38,010 bases of DNA, taken from positions 1 through 38,010 of the IMG/VR virus record IMGVR_UViG_3300037565_000020; one strand, written 5' to 3'. The notes under the pieces are model-generated. The model ran no database searches. It saw only the letters and a list, made by a program, of their open reading frames with translations, and had not been told where the DNA came from. Shown piece by piece: positions 26,758-34,889 of this stretch. The DNA comes from a virus. Lineage: Duplodnaviria; Caudoviricetes. Position 1 is the first letter of the stretch, and each line of letters begins with the position of its first letter. Made by a program: the position numbers and the translations under genes.

Positions 26758-27572
26758 CGAAGAACATCAGGACATACACGATCATCAACAAGCCCGCCGA
26801 GAACGCGCTGCAGTATGCAAAGCTCGAGGGGCAATGCGACCTTGTGTTCGCCGACTCGCCGTATAACATCGGGATCAAGTACGGCGCCGCGAGCAAGCGC
26901 GACGACATGCTCACACCCGACGAGTTCACCGACAAGCTCAGGTCGTGGATCAGTTCGATGTTCGTCGCAGCTCGAGACGGCGGCGTCGTTGCGTTCCTGA
27001 TCTCCGAGGAATGGGCAGATCATGTCGGGATCATCATGAGCCGTCACGGTCCACGACTCAACCGCGTCATATGGCGAGAGACATTCGCGAACTACGCGAG
27101 CTCAGAGCAGTCGCTCACGAACGAGCACCGGCATTTATTCATCCATCGCAAGCGACCCGGGCGATCGACATTCAACAACGATATATCAGTTCGTGTTATG
27201 TCCGATCGACAAATGATCGGAGACGCTCGAGCGAACAAATCGGGTCGGATGCCCGGCGATGTCTGGACCGCTCCGAGACTCACCGGCAATCACTCATGGC
27301 GTGTCGACTGGCACGCGGCCCAGCTCCACCCGGCGCCGCTCACTCGCCTCGTCAGGATCTACACGAACCCGAACGATGTCGTCTGTGATGCGTTCGCCGG
27401 ATCGGGGAACCTCGGTGTCGTGTGTGCTCTCGAGGGGCGTCGGTTCGTCGGGATCGAGAAAGACGCGGGGACGGCGAAACGCATCTGCGACCGCGTGTGG
27501 GGCGCCTACGGCGATCCCTCATCGATCCCGGCCGTCGACATGTCTGTCATGGGGGAGCTCGTCGAATCATGA
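26754..27572 (+). CDS. Beta-class N4-cytosine/N6-adenine DNA methyltransferase (272 aa)
   Basis: Catalytic motif IV (DLVFADSPYN) precedes SAM-binding motif I (VCDAFAGSG...FVGIE); PGDVW and H..Q motifs. Confidence 0.9.
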   Translation: MTKNIRTYTIINKPAENALQYAKLEGQCDLVFADSPYNIGIKYGAASKRDDMLTPDEFTDKLRSWISSMFVAARDGGVVAFLISEEWADHVGIIMSRHGPRLNRVIWRETFANYASSEQSLTNEHRHLFIHRKRPGRSTFNNDISVRVMSDRQMIGDARANKSGRMPGDVWTAPRLTGNHSWRVDWHAAQLHPAPLTRLVRIYTNPNDVVCDAFAGSGNLGVVCALEGRRFVGIEKDAGTAKRICDRVWGAYGDPSSIPAVDMSVMGELVES

Positions 27573-27604
27573 TCCCGTCTCGCCGTACAGAACGACCCCG
27601 ATCA

Positions 27605-27845
27605 GCGCGCTGCGCGCTGCGCCATATAGAGCGATTCGATCTCGCTCGGATCAAAAACCAGCGCAGCGCGCGCAACAGCGCAGCGCGCGAACGGATCTCT
27701 CAGGCGTATCAGGGTTTACGGCGCTGCGCCTGTTCGGAATCAGGCGCAGCGCGCGGGCGGATATTGCGCGTTTTTGCGTTTGGCATCGCGTTTGGCGCGA
27801 TTCGAGGCCCGCCCATGTCGAAAATCGACCGTTTGCGCTGCGCCG
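27605..27845. repeat. Candidate replication origin: seven GCGCAGCGC/GCGCTGCGC copies and a 12-bp hairpin
   Basis: Copies start at 27607, 27614, 27661, 27678, 27721, 27744 and 27835 in both orientations. Perfect inverted repeat GCGCTGCGCCTG/CAGGCGCAGCGC at 27721-27752. This is the largest gap in the replication block. Confidence 0.6.
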
Positions 27846-27903
27846 GGTTGACCCGCCCGATCGCTGGATTTTTACACACTGACAGGAACGGACACACTGA
27901 ATC

Positions 27904-29661
27904 ATGGAACCCAAAAAGCTACACGGGCGATACTCATTCATCGGCCCCCCGGGGTGCGGTAAGACGACGAGACTGACACGCATGGTCCGCGCGATCGTCG
28001 AGCAGCTCGGCGCCTCACCCTCGGGAGATCGGTCGCCGGTCATCGTCGCGTCACTCACAAAGACGGCGGCGCAAGAGGTCGCCGGGCGTGGACTGCCCAT
28101 CCCGAAAGAGGCGATCGGCACGCTGCACGCGCATTGCTACACAGCTCTCGGTCGACCAAAGATCGTCACGCCCAATGATCTCGCCGACTTCAACGACAAA
28201 CACCCGGGTTACGCTCTGGGGTCTGCCGCGAGGGATGCTTTAGACGATGAAAGAATCGTCGACCCATATACAGGGAACGAGAACCCGGGCGATGAAATGA
28301 TGAGCGAGTATCTCATCATGAGGGCGAGACGCACACCCCGCGACCTGTGGAGCGACACGCTGCAGGATTTCGCTGAGGTTTGGGAGGAATGGAAAACATC
28401 AATCGAGCGGTATGACTTCACCGACCTCATCGAGTCGGTGCTCACGAACGAGATCGAGCACCCCATGCGACCACAGGTCGTCGTCGCCGACGAGACTCAG
28501 GATTTCAGCGAGCTCGAGTTTCAGCTCGTTCGCATGTGGGGCGATCAGGCGGGCGCCCTGATCCTCGCAGGCGACCCATACCAATCGCTCTACTCGTGGC
28601 GTGGTGCTCACCCTGAGGCGTTGACGGGCGCCGAGATCCCCGATGACCGTCGGTTCGTGCTCTCGCAGTCTTATCGCGTACCCGAGCTCGTTCAGCGTCT
28701 CGCGATGCGTGTCATCGAACCGCTCACGGCGAGCGACGACACATACAAGTACGCCCCTCGCGTGGGCGACGACGGCGAGGTCGTCAAAGGGTCGGTGTAT
28801 CCGACGGGCGGGTCATGGCGCCAGCCGTCCGAGATCGTCGCGCTCGCGAGCGACCTCGCAGCCGAGGGGCGTTCGGTGATGATCGCCGGGACATGCGCCC
28901 ACATGATGCGACCGCTCGTCACTCAGCTCAGGAACAGGGCGCTTGCGTTCGCGAACCCATGGCGCCCACACGACGGGTCATGGAACCCGCTCAACACAGC
29001 CGGGACTTCGATGAGCTCGAGACTCGTCTCGCTGTTCCGCCCAATGCTCGAGCCGCGCGATGAGGGCGAGGGCATCCCGGGCATCCTCGAGACCGACGGG
29101 CGTGTGTGGTGGTCATGGAGCGATGTCGATCGATTCACAAAGATCATGACGACGACGGGGATCGTGAAACACGGGATGAAAGCGAAGATCCCCGAGCTCG
29201 CCAAATCGGGGAAAGCCCGTCTCGCTCGCTTTGAAATGACCGAGGTTTTCAATCCGCATTTCCTCGACGAGATCGAGGCGGCGTTCGACACCGATTCAAT
29301 ATCGCGTGTGCTCGAGGTCATCGCCGATCGGATCAGCTCGAGGTTCAGGCGATCGTTCGACTATGTGTCGTCGGTTATGGAGACACGCGGCGTCGAGAGC
29401 GTGACGAACCCGAGGATCTATGTCGGAACGATTCACTCGTTCAAGGGCGCCGAGGCCGACGAGGTCATCTTGTTCCCTGACCTCGCGAACAAGGCGGCGC
29501 AAGCATGGATCGAGGGCGAGGGCGAGGCGTATGACTCGATCTTGCGTGCGTTCTATGTCGGAGTGACACGAGCGAGATCTCGACTATGGGTTGCCCGCGC
29601 GTGCGGGTACTCGATCCCACTGGACCGGATGCGAACTGAGATCATGGAGGGTGAAAAATGA
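27904..29661 (+). CDS. UvrD/Rep-like superfamily-1 helicase
   Basis: GPPGCGKT, TLHAHC, DETQD, GDPYQSLYSWRGA, LSQSYRVP, GTIHSFKGAEAD and YVGVTRAR motifs. Confidence 0.93.
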   Translation: MEPKKLHGRYSFIGPPGCGKTTRLTRMVRAIVEQLGASPSGDRSPVIVASLTKTAAQEVAGRGLPIPKEAIGTLHAHCYTALGRPKIVTPNDLADFNDKHPGYALGSAARDALDDERIVDPYTGNENPGDEMMSEYLIMRARRTPRDLWSDTLQDFAEVWEEWKTSIERYDFTDLIESVLTNEIEHPMRPQVVVADETQDFSELEFQLVRMWGDQAGALILAGDPYQSLYSWRGAHPEALTGAEIPDDRRFVLSQSYRVPELVQRLAMRVIEPLTASDDTYKYAPRVGDDGEVVKGSVYPTGGSWRQPSEIVALASDLAAEGRSVMIAGTCAHMMRPLVTQLRNRALAFANPWRPHDGSWNPLNTAGTSMSSRLVSLFRPMLEPRDEGEGIPGILETDGRVWWSWSDVDRFTKIMTTTGIVKHGMKAKIPELAKSGKARLARFEMTEVFNPHFLDEIEAAFDTDSISRVLEVIADRISSRFRRSFDYVSSVMETRGVESVTNPRIYVGTIHSFKGAEADEVILFPDLANKAAQAWIEGEGEAYDSILRAFYVGVTRARSRLWVARACGYSIPLDRMRTEIMEGEK

Positions 29662-29852
29662 AAATCGGACAAGTCGTTTTTGCGGCGGTTAATACGGTAA
29701 CGGGCGAGATCCTTGAAACACCGGATGGGTCATCGATCAGTGAGTATAAAGATCTGGTTGTCAAAGATATCGAGTTCGCATATCGATTGGATCAGGACAA
29801 GCGAGGGCAATACTCGGTCGTGAAAGTGAGGGTCTGCTATGGCGCCGTCTAA
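29658..29852 (+). CDS. Small hypothetical protein (visibly lower GC)
   Basis: GGAGG RBS, ATGA overlap with the helicase gene; fills the gap to the next gene. Confidence 0.55.
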   Translation: MKIGQVVFAAVNTVTGEILETPDGSSISEYKDLVVKDIEFAYRLDQDKRGQYSVVKVRVCYGAV

Positions 29853-30213
29853 AACATCACAACTTACCGAGCACGCGCTCAGCGCCAAGCTCAAGCGAAC
29901 ACTCGACAAGATGCCCGGCGTGTTCGCGTTCAAGATTCACGGCGGGCAGTACCAGCGAGCGGGGTTGCCTGATTGGTGTGTGTTGTTTCGGGGACGCATC
30001 ATTCGACATGTCGCCGGATCGACGCGATACATCGCCGTATCTCGCACCCTATTCGTCGAGCTCAAGTCACCAAAGGGTCGAGGGAAGCTCACCGAGCTCC
30101 AGACGGCGACGCATAAGAAGATCGAGGGCGTCGGTCACGATGTCATCGTCGTCACGAGCGTCGACGAGGTCCTCGCAGCGATGAAAGAGCGTGGATATGA
30201 CTCGGAGCTATAG
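29839..30213 (+). CDS. VRR-NUC (PD-(D/E)xK) nuclease, probable Holliday-junction resolvase
   Basis: KIHGGQYQRAGLPD...FVELK...GKLTELQ...VVTSVDEV pattern. Confidence 0.88.
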   Translation: MAPSKTSQLTEHALSAKLKRTLDKMPGVFAFKIHGGQYQRAGLPDWCVLFRGRIIRHVAGSTRYIAVSRTLFVELKSPKGRGKLTELQTATHKKIEGVGHDVIVVTSVDEVLAAMKERGYDSEL

Positions 30214-30514
30214 CGAATACCGGGACGCGGTTCATGAGGTCATCGCCGCGGGCATGACAAAGACGCCGCTCGGATCGGGCGCCTCGTTCGATCAGCTTGG
30301 GGACTCACGGCGCCAGCTCGTCGCGAGACTCGCCGAGCAGATCGCCGACGAGCTCGTTCTCATGCACGATGAAAAATGGAAACTCCCGAGCGAGCGATAC
30401 GATCGCGACATGCGTGACTATTCCGAGCCCGGGGCGTATGACACCGACACCGACGACATGCCCCCGTCGTCGATGCGTACAAACACCGGGGGCGAGAAAG
30501 GATTGTTCTCATGA
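30197..30514 (+). CDS. Hypothetical protein
   Basis: Overlaps the previous gene and is ATGA-coupled to the next; start is uncertain (GTG 30191 or ATG 30197). Confidence 0.55.
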   Translation: MTRSYSEYRDAVHEVIAAGMTKTPLGSGASFDQLGDSRRQLVARLAEQIADELVLMHDEKWKLPSERYDRDMRDYSEPGAYDTDTDDMPPSSMRTNTGGEKGLFS

Positions 30515-30822
30515 CAACGGAAACACCAAACACCGAGCCCAAAGCAGAACGCAAGCGGCGGAATCAGTCGTATGTGGTGCTCGAGCGAATGAGCTCCCCA
30601 GATCTATCGGGTTCACGCGAGCACTGGGCGCCGGTCGGCGAGATCGAGATCGGTCAGGGTGGCGATGTCTTTGTAGAGACCGAGTTCGACGACCTCGCCG
30701 CGTGCGATCGCTGGATCAGGAACCACGGCGAGGACGGTTCGACATACCGTCCTGCTCGCGTCGCCGACGCCGTCGAGGTTACGACACGCACCGAGACAGT
30801 GCGCGAGCTTAAGACGCTGTAG
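30511..30822 (+). CDS. Hypothetical protein
   Basis: AAGGA RBS; genome-typical codon usage. Confidence 0.6.
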   Translation: MTTETPNTEPKAERKRRNQSYVVLERMSSPDLSGSREHWAPVGEIEIGQGGDVFVETEFDDLAACDRWIRNHGEDGSTYRPARVADAVEVTTRTETVRELKTL

Positions 30823-30877
30823 AATCTGAATCGTCCGGGCTCGAGCTCGGAGATCCTCAACACATAGGAGACAAAGC

Positions 30878-31264
30878 ATGTCCAAGAAAAAGAAAAACGC
30901 GACGATGATCTCGGCGATGAACTTTGCGGGGTCGTCTTATGGGATCATGGTCGGCGCTCATGCGACGACGATCATCCCCGGCGCCGACGGCGAGCGGATC
31001 GGCATCAACGCGAATCGCGAGACGCTCATCATCGTCGAGTATTCGGGCGACAATGATGGGTCAGCTCATGTGGGCGTCGTGGCGCCCGATGGTCGCAAAG
31101 CCCCGGTCGACGAGATCTCGGTGTCTGTGAGCAGCGAGCAGCCCGTCGCGTACATCAGCTCGCGTCTGTTGCCGAATCAATATCTGCACGGCGGCGACTA
31201 TCACTTCGATGTCGTCGGGTCCAAAGACGCGAGCGTCCGCGTGACTGCGATTCGACTGTCATGA
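30878..31264 (+). CDS. Hypothetical beta-rich protein
   Basis: AGGAG RBS; ATGA-coupled to the HNH gene; alternating hydrophobic strands. Confidence 0.65.
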   Translation: MSKKKKNATMISAMNFAGSSYGIMVGAHATTIIPGADGERIGINANRETLIIVEYSGDNDGSAHVGVVAPDGRKAPVDEISVSVSSEQPVAYISSRLLPNQYLHGGDYHFDVVGSKDASVRVTAIRLS

Positions 31265-31653
31265 TCCCCCGAGCCCCCCAAGTCGGCTGTAAGCATCCCG
31301 GTTGCCCGGCGATGGTTCGACCCCCGCAACGGTTCTGCGACGAGCACGCGAGTTCTATGTTCGCTCCCCGTCCGTGGAATCGAAACCGAGGGAAGTCGGC
31401 GAGCGAGCGGGGGTACGGCGCCCAGTGGCGAAAGCTGCGGGCGCGCGTTTTACGAGACGAACCCTTGTGTCGTCTCTGCACCCGGAACGGTCGCATCGTC
31501 GCAGCGGTGACGGTCGACCACATCATCAACAAAGCACAAGGCGGGACGGATGCTCGGAGCAACCTACAACCCTTGTGCGATGCGTGTCACACGGCCAAGA
31601 CCCGGAAAGAAGCGGTCGAGGCACGCAAGAACAAACGGAGACCCAAGACATGA
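31261..31653 (+). CDS. Terminase-associated HNH endonuclease (HK97 gp74-like)
   Basis: RGYGAQWRKLR...PLCRLC...VDHI...GG...NLQPLCDACHTAKT; upstream of terS. Confidence 0.92.
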   Translation: MIPRAPQVGCKHPGCPAMVRPPQRFCDEHASSMFAPRPWNRNRGKSASERGYGAQWRKLRARVLRDEPLCRLCTRNGRIVAAVTVDHIINKAQGGTDARSNLQPLCDACHTAKTRKEAVEARKNKRRPKT

Positions 31654-32210
31654 GACTGCACCACCTACTCGCCGCATTCGTGTTCATCATCCTCGTCATG
31701 TTCAGCATCGCCGCGACAGCTCTCCCCATCGCGCCCGCCCGGGTCGAGCTCATGGTCACGGCGTCGCTGCTCGTCGCGTTCGTCATCCTGTGGGTCCTCG
31801 ACGACATCGATCGGGGCGTACGCAATGCGCGGATGCAATGGTCAGCGTGGCGACTGCGACGGTCGTGGATCAAGCTCGTCAAGTCACTCACCCCTGAGCA
31901 GCTCGAGACGATGAGGGACGCGGCCAGAGAAAGCGGGCTCACCCTCGAGCGTGTGGGCGCGATGCTCGGGGTTCGCCCATCGATCACGATTCAGGTCGAC
32001 GAGGCGAGCTTTGATCGGGCGAGAGATCAGATCAAAAACGCTCAGGAACAGATCGCCGGGTACGGATCGAGGATCGACCCAGAGCGATCGGACGGCGACG
32101 ACGACTCGTCTGTCGCGTGTGGAGCTCGGAGCTCGGAGCGTGGCACGACGGGCACGACGCGAGCTGAAAACGATCAGGGGTCGACGGGCGACGACGCGGG
32201 GAGGCGATGA
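31650..32210 (+). CDS. Two-TM membrane protein (186 aa)
   Basis: GGAG RBS and ATGA overlap at 31650; LLAAFVFIILVMFSIAATAL and LMVTASLLVAFVILWVL hydrophobic segments. Confidence 0.6.
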   Translation: MRLHHLLAAFVFIILVMFSIAATALPIAPARVELMVTASLLVAFVILWVLDDIDRGVRNARMQWSAWRLRRSWIKLVKSLTPEQLETMRDAARESGLTLERVGAMLGVRPSITIQVDEASFDRARDQIKNAQEQIAGYGSRIDPERSDGDDDSSVACGARSSERGTTGTTRAENDQGSTGDDAGRR

Positions 32211-32230
32211 GCATGACTCGGGGATCGGCG

Positions 32231-32474
32231 AAAACGCCGTTTTTGAGCGGGAAACGAGGTTTTTTGATTCAAAACCGCGTTTTTGAGCGAAAAATAGGGG
32301 TAGGGGGGTCATTTTTGCCAGACAGTAAGACCCCGGGGACCGCTCGCCGGGGCAACATATGCGCGACCGGCATTGGTCAATCAGGGGGGGTTATGTTCCA
32401 CAGGACACCGATCATGACCCGTATTCCCCGGGGGGTGACGCGAGGAACGGATTTTCAGATTTGATTTTTGAGCG
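32231..32474. other. Putative cos/packaging-initiation region
   Basis: Non-coding gap before terS. TTTTTGAGCG at 32240, 32280 and 32465; phased A/T tracts; G-runs; CCCCGG-N10-CCGGGG dyad at 32331-32352. Confidence 0.55.
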
Positions 32475-32496
32475 CCCATATATAGGGCGAGAACGG

Positions 32497-33057
32497 ATGA
32501 GCACGATGTCACGACGACCCGAACCCGACGAGCTGCAGGCCCGCAAGGGGAACCCGGCAAAGCGATCTCTGAATCGCGAGGACAAACCCACGACTGAGTA
32601 TCTCGACAAGGCGAGCGGGGTCCCGGCGCCGCCCGCGATGATCGCGCCGCTCAAGCGGGCGTCTGAGCTGTGGAACGAGATCGTCCCAATCCTGCAGACG
32701 ATGGGTGTGCTCGGGAAAGCCGATGTCACGATCGTCGCCCGGTACTGTGTGACGCTCTCGGCGCTCGAGGTCGCTGCTCAGGATCTCGAGCGGGTCGGCT
32801 ACGAAATGGAGTACAAGACCGGGGCGAAACAGATCAGCCCGGCGCTGACGGCGTACACCAAACTCAGCGACCAAGCGCTGAAGATCGAGAAAGAGCTCGG
32901 ACTCACGCCCGCGGCGAGAACAAAGGTCTCGACATGGGGAGGGAATCGCCCCCCGGCACGACCAACCGATGACGCCGAGCCCGACGCGCCGCATGAGTCG
33001 GCGCCAGCTCACGACGACGAGACGCCCGAAACATTCAAGCTGACCGGGACGGACTGA
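32497..33057 (+). CDS. Terminase small subunit, P27 family (186 aa)
   Basis: KGNPAKRSLN...W..IVP.L...G.L...D..IVARYC...ELGLTPAARTKV; start is the ATG at 32497 or 32506. Confidence 0.9.
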   Translation: MSTMSRRPEPDELQARKGNPAKRSLNREDKPTTEYLDKASGVPAPPAMIAPLKRASELWNEIVPILQTMGVLGKADVTIVARYCVTLSALEVAAQDLERVGYEMEYKTGAKQISPALTAYTKLSDQALKIEKELGLTPAARTKVSTWGGNRPPARPTDDAEPDAPHESAPAHDDETPETFKLTGTD

Positions 33058-33061
33058 ACTC

Positions 33062-34876
33062 ATGGTCGCGTGGAACCCAACCCGCCCGGCGCCCGGGATG
33101 CCGATCAACACCGACGGAGTAACATCGCGGACGGTGTCTGAGCAGTTCGCCCCTGTCGAGATCAAGTTCGACCCGGACCTGAACCGCTATCGCATGTTCA
33201 GGTTCGACGCCGAAAAAGCGGATCGCCCGATCAAGTTCATCGAATCGTTCGTCAAACATGCAAAGGGCAAGAAAGCCGGTCGGCGATTCATCCTCGAGCC
33301 GTGGCAGCGTCGCGCGATTCGCGAGGTCTTTGGGTGGATCGATGTCGAGACCGGGCTCAGACGATACTCGACGCTGTTCATTTTCCTCCCGCGCAAGAAC
33401 GGAAAGTCGCTGCTCGCCGCGGCGCTCGCGCTGTACCTGTTGTGCGCTGACGGCGAGATCGGCGCCGAGGTCTACTTTGCAGCGTGCGACAAAGAGCAAG
33501 CGAAACTCTCGTTCAATGTCGCGTCGATGATCGTGAAACAGAGCGAGTTCCTCGCGTCGAATCTCAGGCCGCTCCGAACATCGATCACCCACGACGATTC
33601 GATGTCGGTGCTGTTGCCGCTCTCGAGCGATGTCACGAACAAAGACGGGAAGAATGTTCACGGCGGGATCATCGATGAGCTGCACGAGCACCCCGATCGC
33701 CGTCTCTATGATGTCATCGTAACGGGCACGGGCGCCCGTACTCAGCCGCTCATTATCATCACGACGACCGCGGGCAACCGTCGAGACTCGCTTTGTTATG
33801 AGCAGTATGAGCACGCGCGACGAGTTCGCGACGGTGACTCGCACGACCTGAGTTTCTACCCGTGTTTGTTCTACGCCGATGCCGACGACGACTTTCGAGA
33901 TCCCGAGGTCTGGCGCAAGGCGAACCCGAATCTCGGCGTGTCGATATCCGAGGATTTCTTGCGGAAAGAGTGTCGCAAGGCGATCGAGCAGCCGTCATTC
34001 GAGCCCGCGTTTCGTCGGTACTACCTGAACCAGTGGGTCGGCGCGTCCGAGCGATGGATCAGCTCGGTGTCGTGGGACATGTGCGAGGGGTCGATCGGGA
34101 CATCGATCGAGCAGTTCAAAGGGCGCCCATGCTACGCCGCGATCGACATGTCATCGACACAGGACATCACGGCGCTCGTGGGGATCATCCCTCGTGACCC
34201 TGACCCGAACGACGAGCTCGACATGCAGACCCTCGAGCGGATCGGCGAGATCGACGAGATCTATGACGAGACCGAGCTCGGCGTCGATCCGGCATACGGC
34301 GACATCGTCGGCGACGGTCGGATCTTCGATGTCGTGTGTAGGTTCTGGCTCCCCGCGGAGCGAGCCGATGTCCGAGAGCGGAAAGACAAGGTCCCATATC
34401 GCAAATGGATCGAGCAGGGACATATCACAAAGACCGCGGGCGGCGCCGTCAACCCGGTCGCGATCCGTCGCGAGGTTCACCGATGGGGAAACATCGTCGA
34501 TCTCAAAGAGGTCGCGTGCGACCCGTGGAACGCCGGTGAAATGATGATGAGTCTCGAGGGTGCGGGGTTCAATGTCGTCCAGATCCGACAGGGGACGGTG
34601 TCGATGAATGGACCGTCAAAGGCGTTCATGCGGGCGGTCCTGTCTCAACAGATCAGGCATCACGCGAACCCGGTCCTGACTTGGATGAGCGGGAATGTCG
34701 TCGTCGAGGAAGCTGAGGGGGGGCTCATCAAGCCGTCAAAGAAGCGATCCCCCGAGCGCATCGACGGTATCGTCGCGTGCATCATGGCGCTGTCTCGTGC
34801 TATGCTATTGCGAGAGCCCGCGGGCAGCGTGTATGAACAGCGAGGGCTCAGGGGCGACGACGAATCCATGACATGA
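33062..34876 (+). CDS. Terminase large subunit (HK97-like, cos type)
   Basis: LEPWQ, PRKNGKS Walker A, IIDELH Walker B, ITTTAG, WRKANPNLG, AIDMS...D and ERIDGIVA motifs. Confidence 0.96.
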   Translation: MVAWNPTRPAPGMPINTDGVTSRTVSEQFAPVEIKFDPDLNRYRMFRFDAEKADRPIKFIESFVKHAKGKKAGRRFILEPWQRRAIREVFGWIDVETGLRRYSTLFIFLPRKNGKSLLAAALALYLLCADGEIGAEVYFAACDKEQAKLSFNVASMIVKQSEFLASNLRPLRTSITHDDSMSVLLPLSSDVTNKDGKNVHGGIIDELHEHPDRRLYDVIVTGTGARTQPLIIITTTAGNRRDSLCYEQYEHARRVRDGDSHDLSFYPCLFYADADDDFRDPEVWRKANPNLGVSISEDFLRKECRKAIEQPSFEPAFRRYYLNQWVGASERWISSVSWDMCEGSIGTSIEQFKGRPCYAAIDMSSTQDITALVGIIPRDPDPNDELDMQTLERIGEIDEIYDETELGVDPAYGDIVGDGRIFDVVCRFWLPAERADVRERKDKVPYRKWIEQGHITKTAGGAVNPVAIRREVHRWGNIVDLKEVACDPWNAGEMMMSLEGAGFNVVQIRQGTVSMNGPSKAFMRAVLSQQIRHHANPVLTWMSGNVVVEEAEGGLIKPSKKRSPERIDGIVACIMALSRAMLLREPAGSVYEQRGLRGDDESMT

Positions 34877-34889
34877 ACGGGGCTGACAC

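Noticed and set aside
27569-27976. ORF starting at the ATGA overlap after the MTase (MIPSRRTERP...)
   Set aside because: The Arg/Ala-rich translation is dictated by the DNA repeats, codon usage is atypical and it overlaps the helicase start. A non-coding origin is the better reading, though coding is not fully excluded.
30490-30514. C-terminal EKGLFS as a beta-clamp binding motif
   Set aside because: It lacks the conserved Gln of QL[S/D]LF and is too short to support a call.
32207-32464. 85-aa ORF across the putative cos region
   Set aside because: It is made of homopolymer tracts and repeats at the expected cos position, with atypical codon usage.
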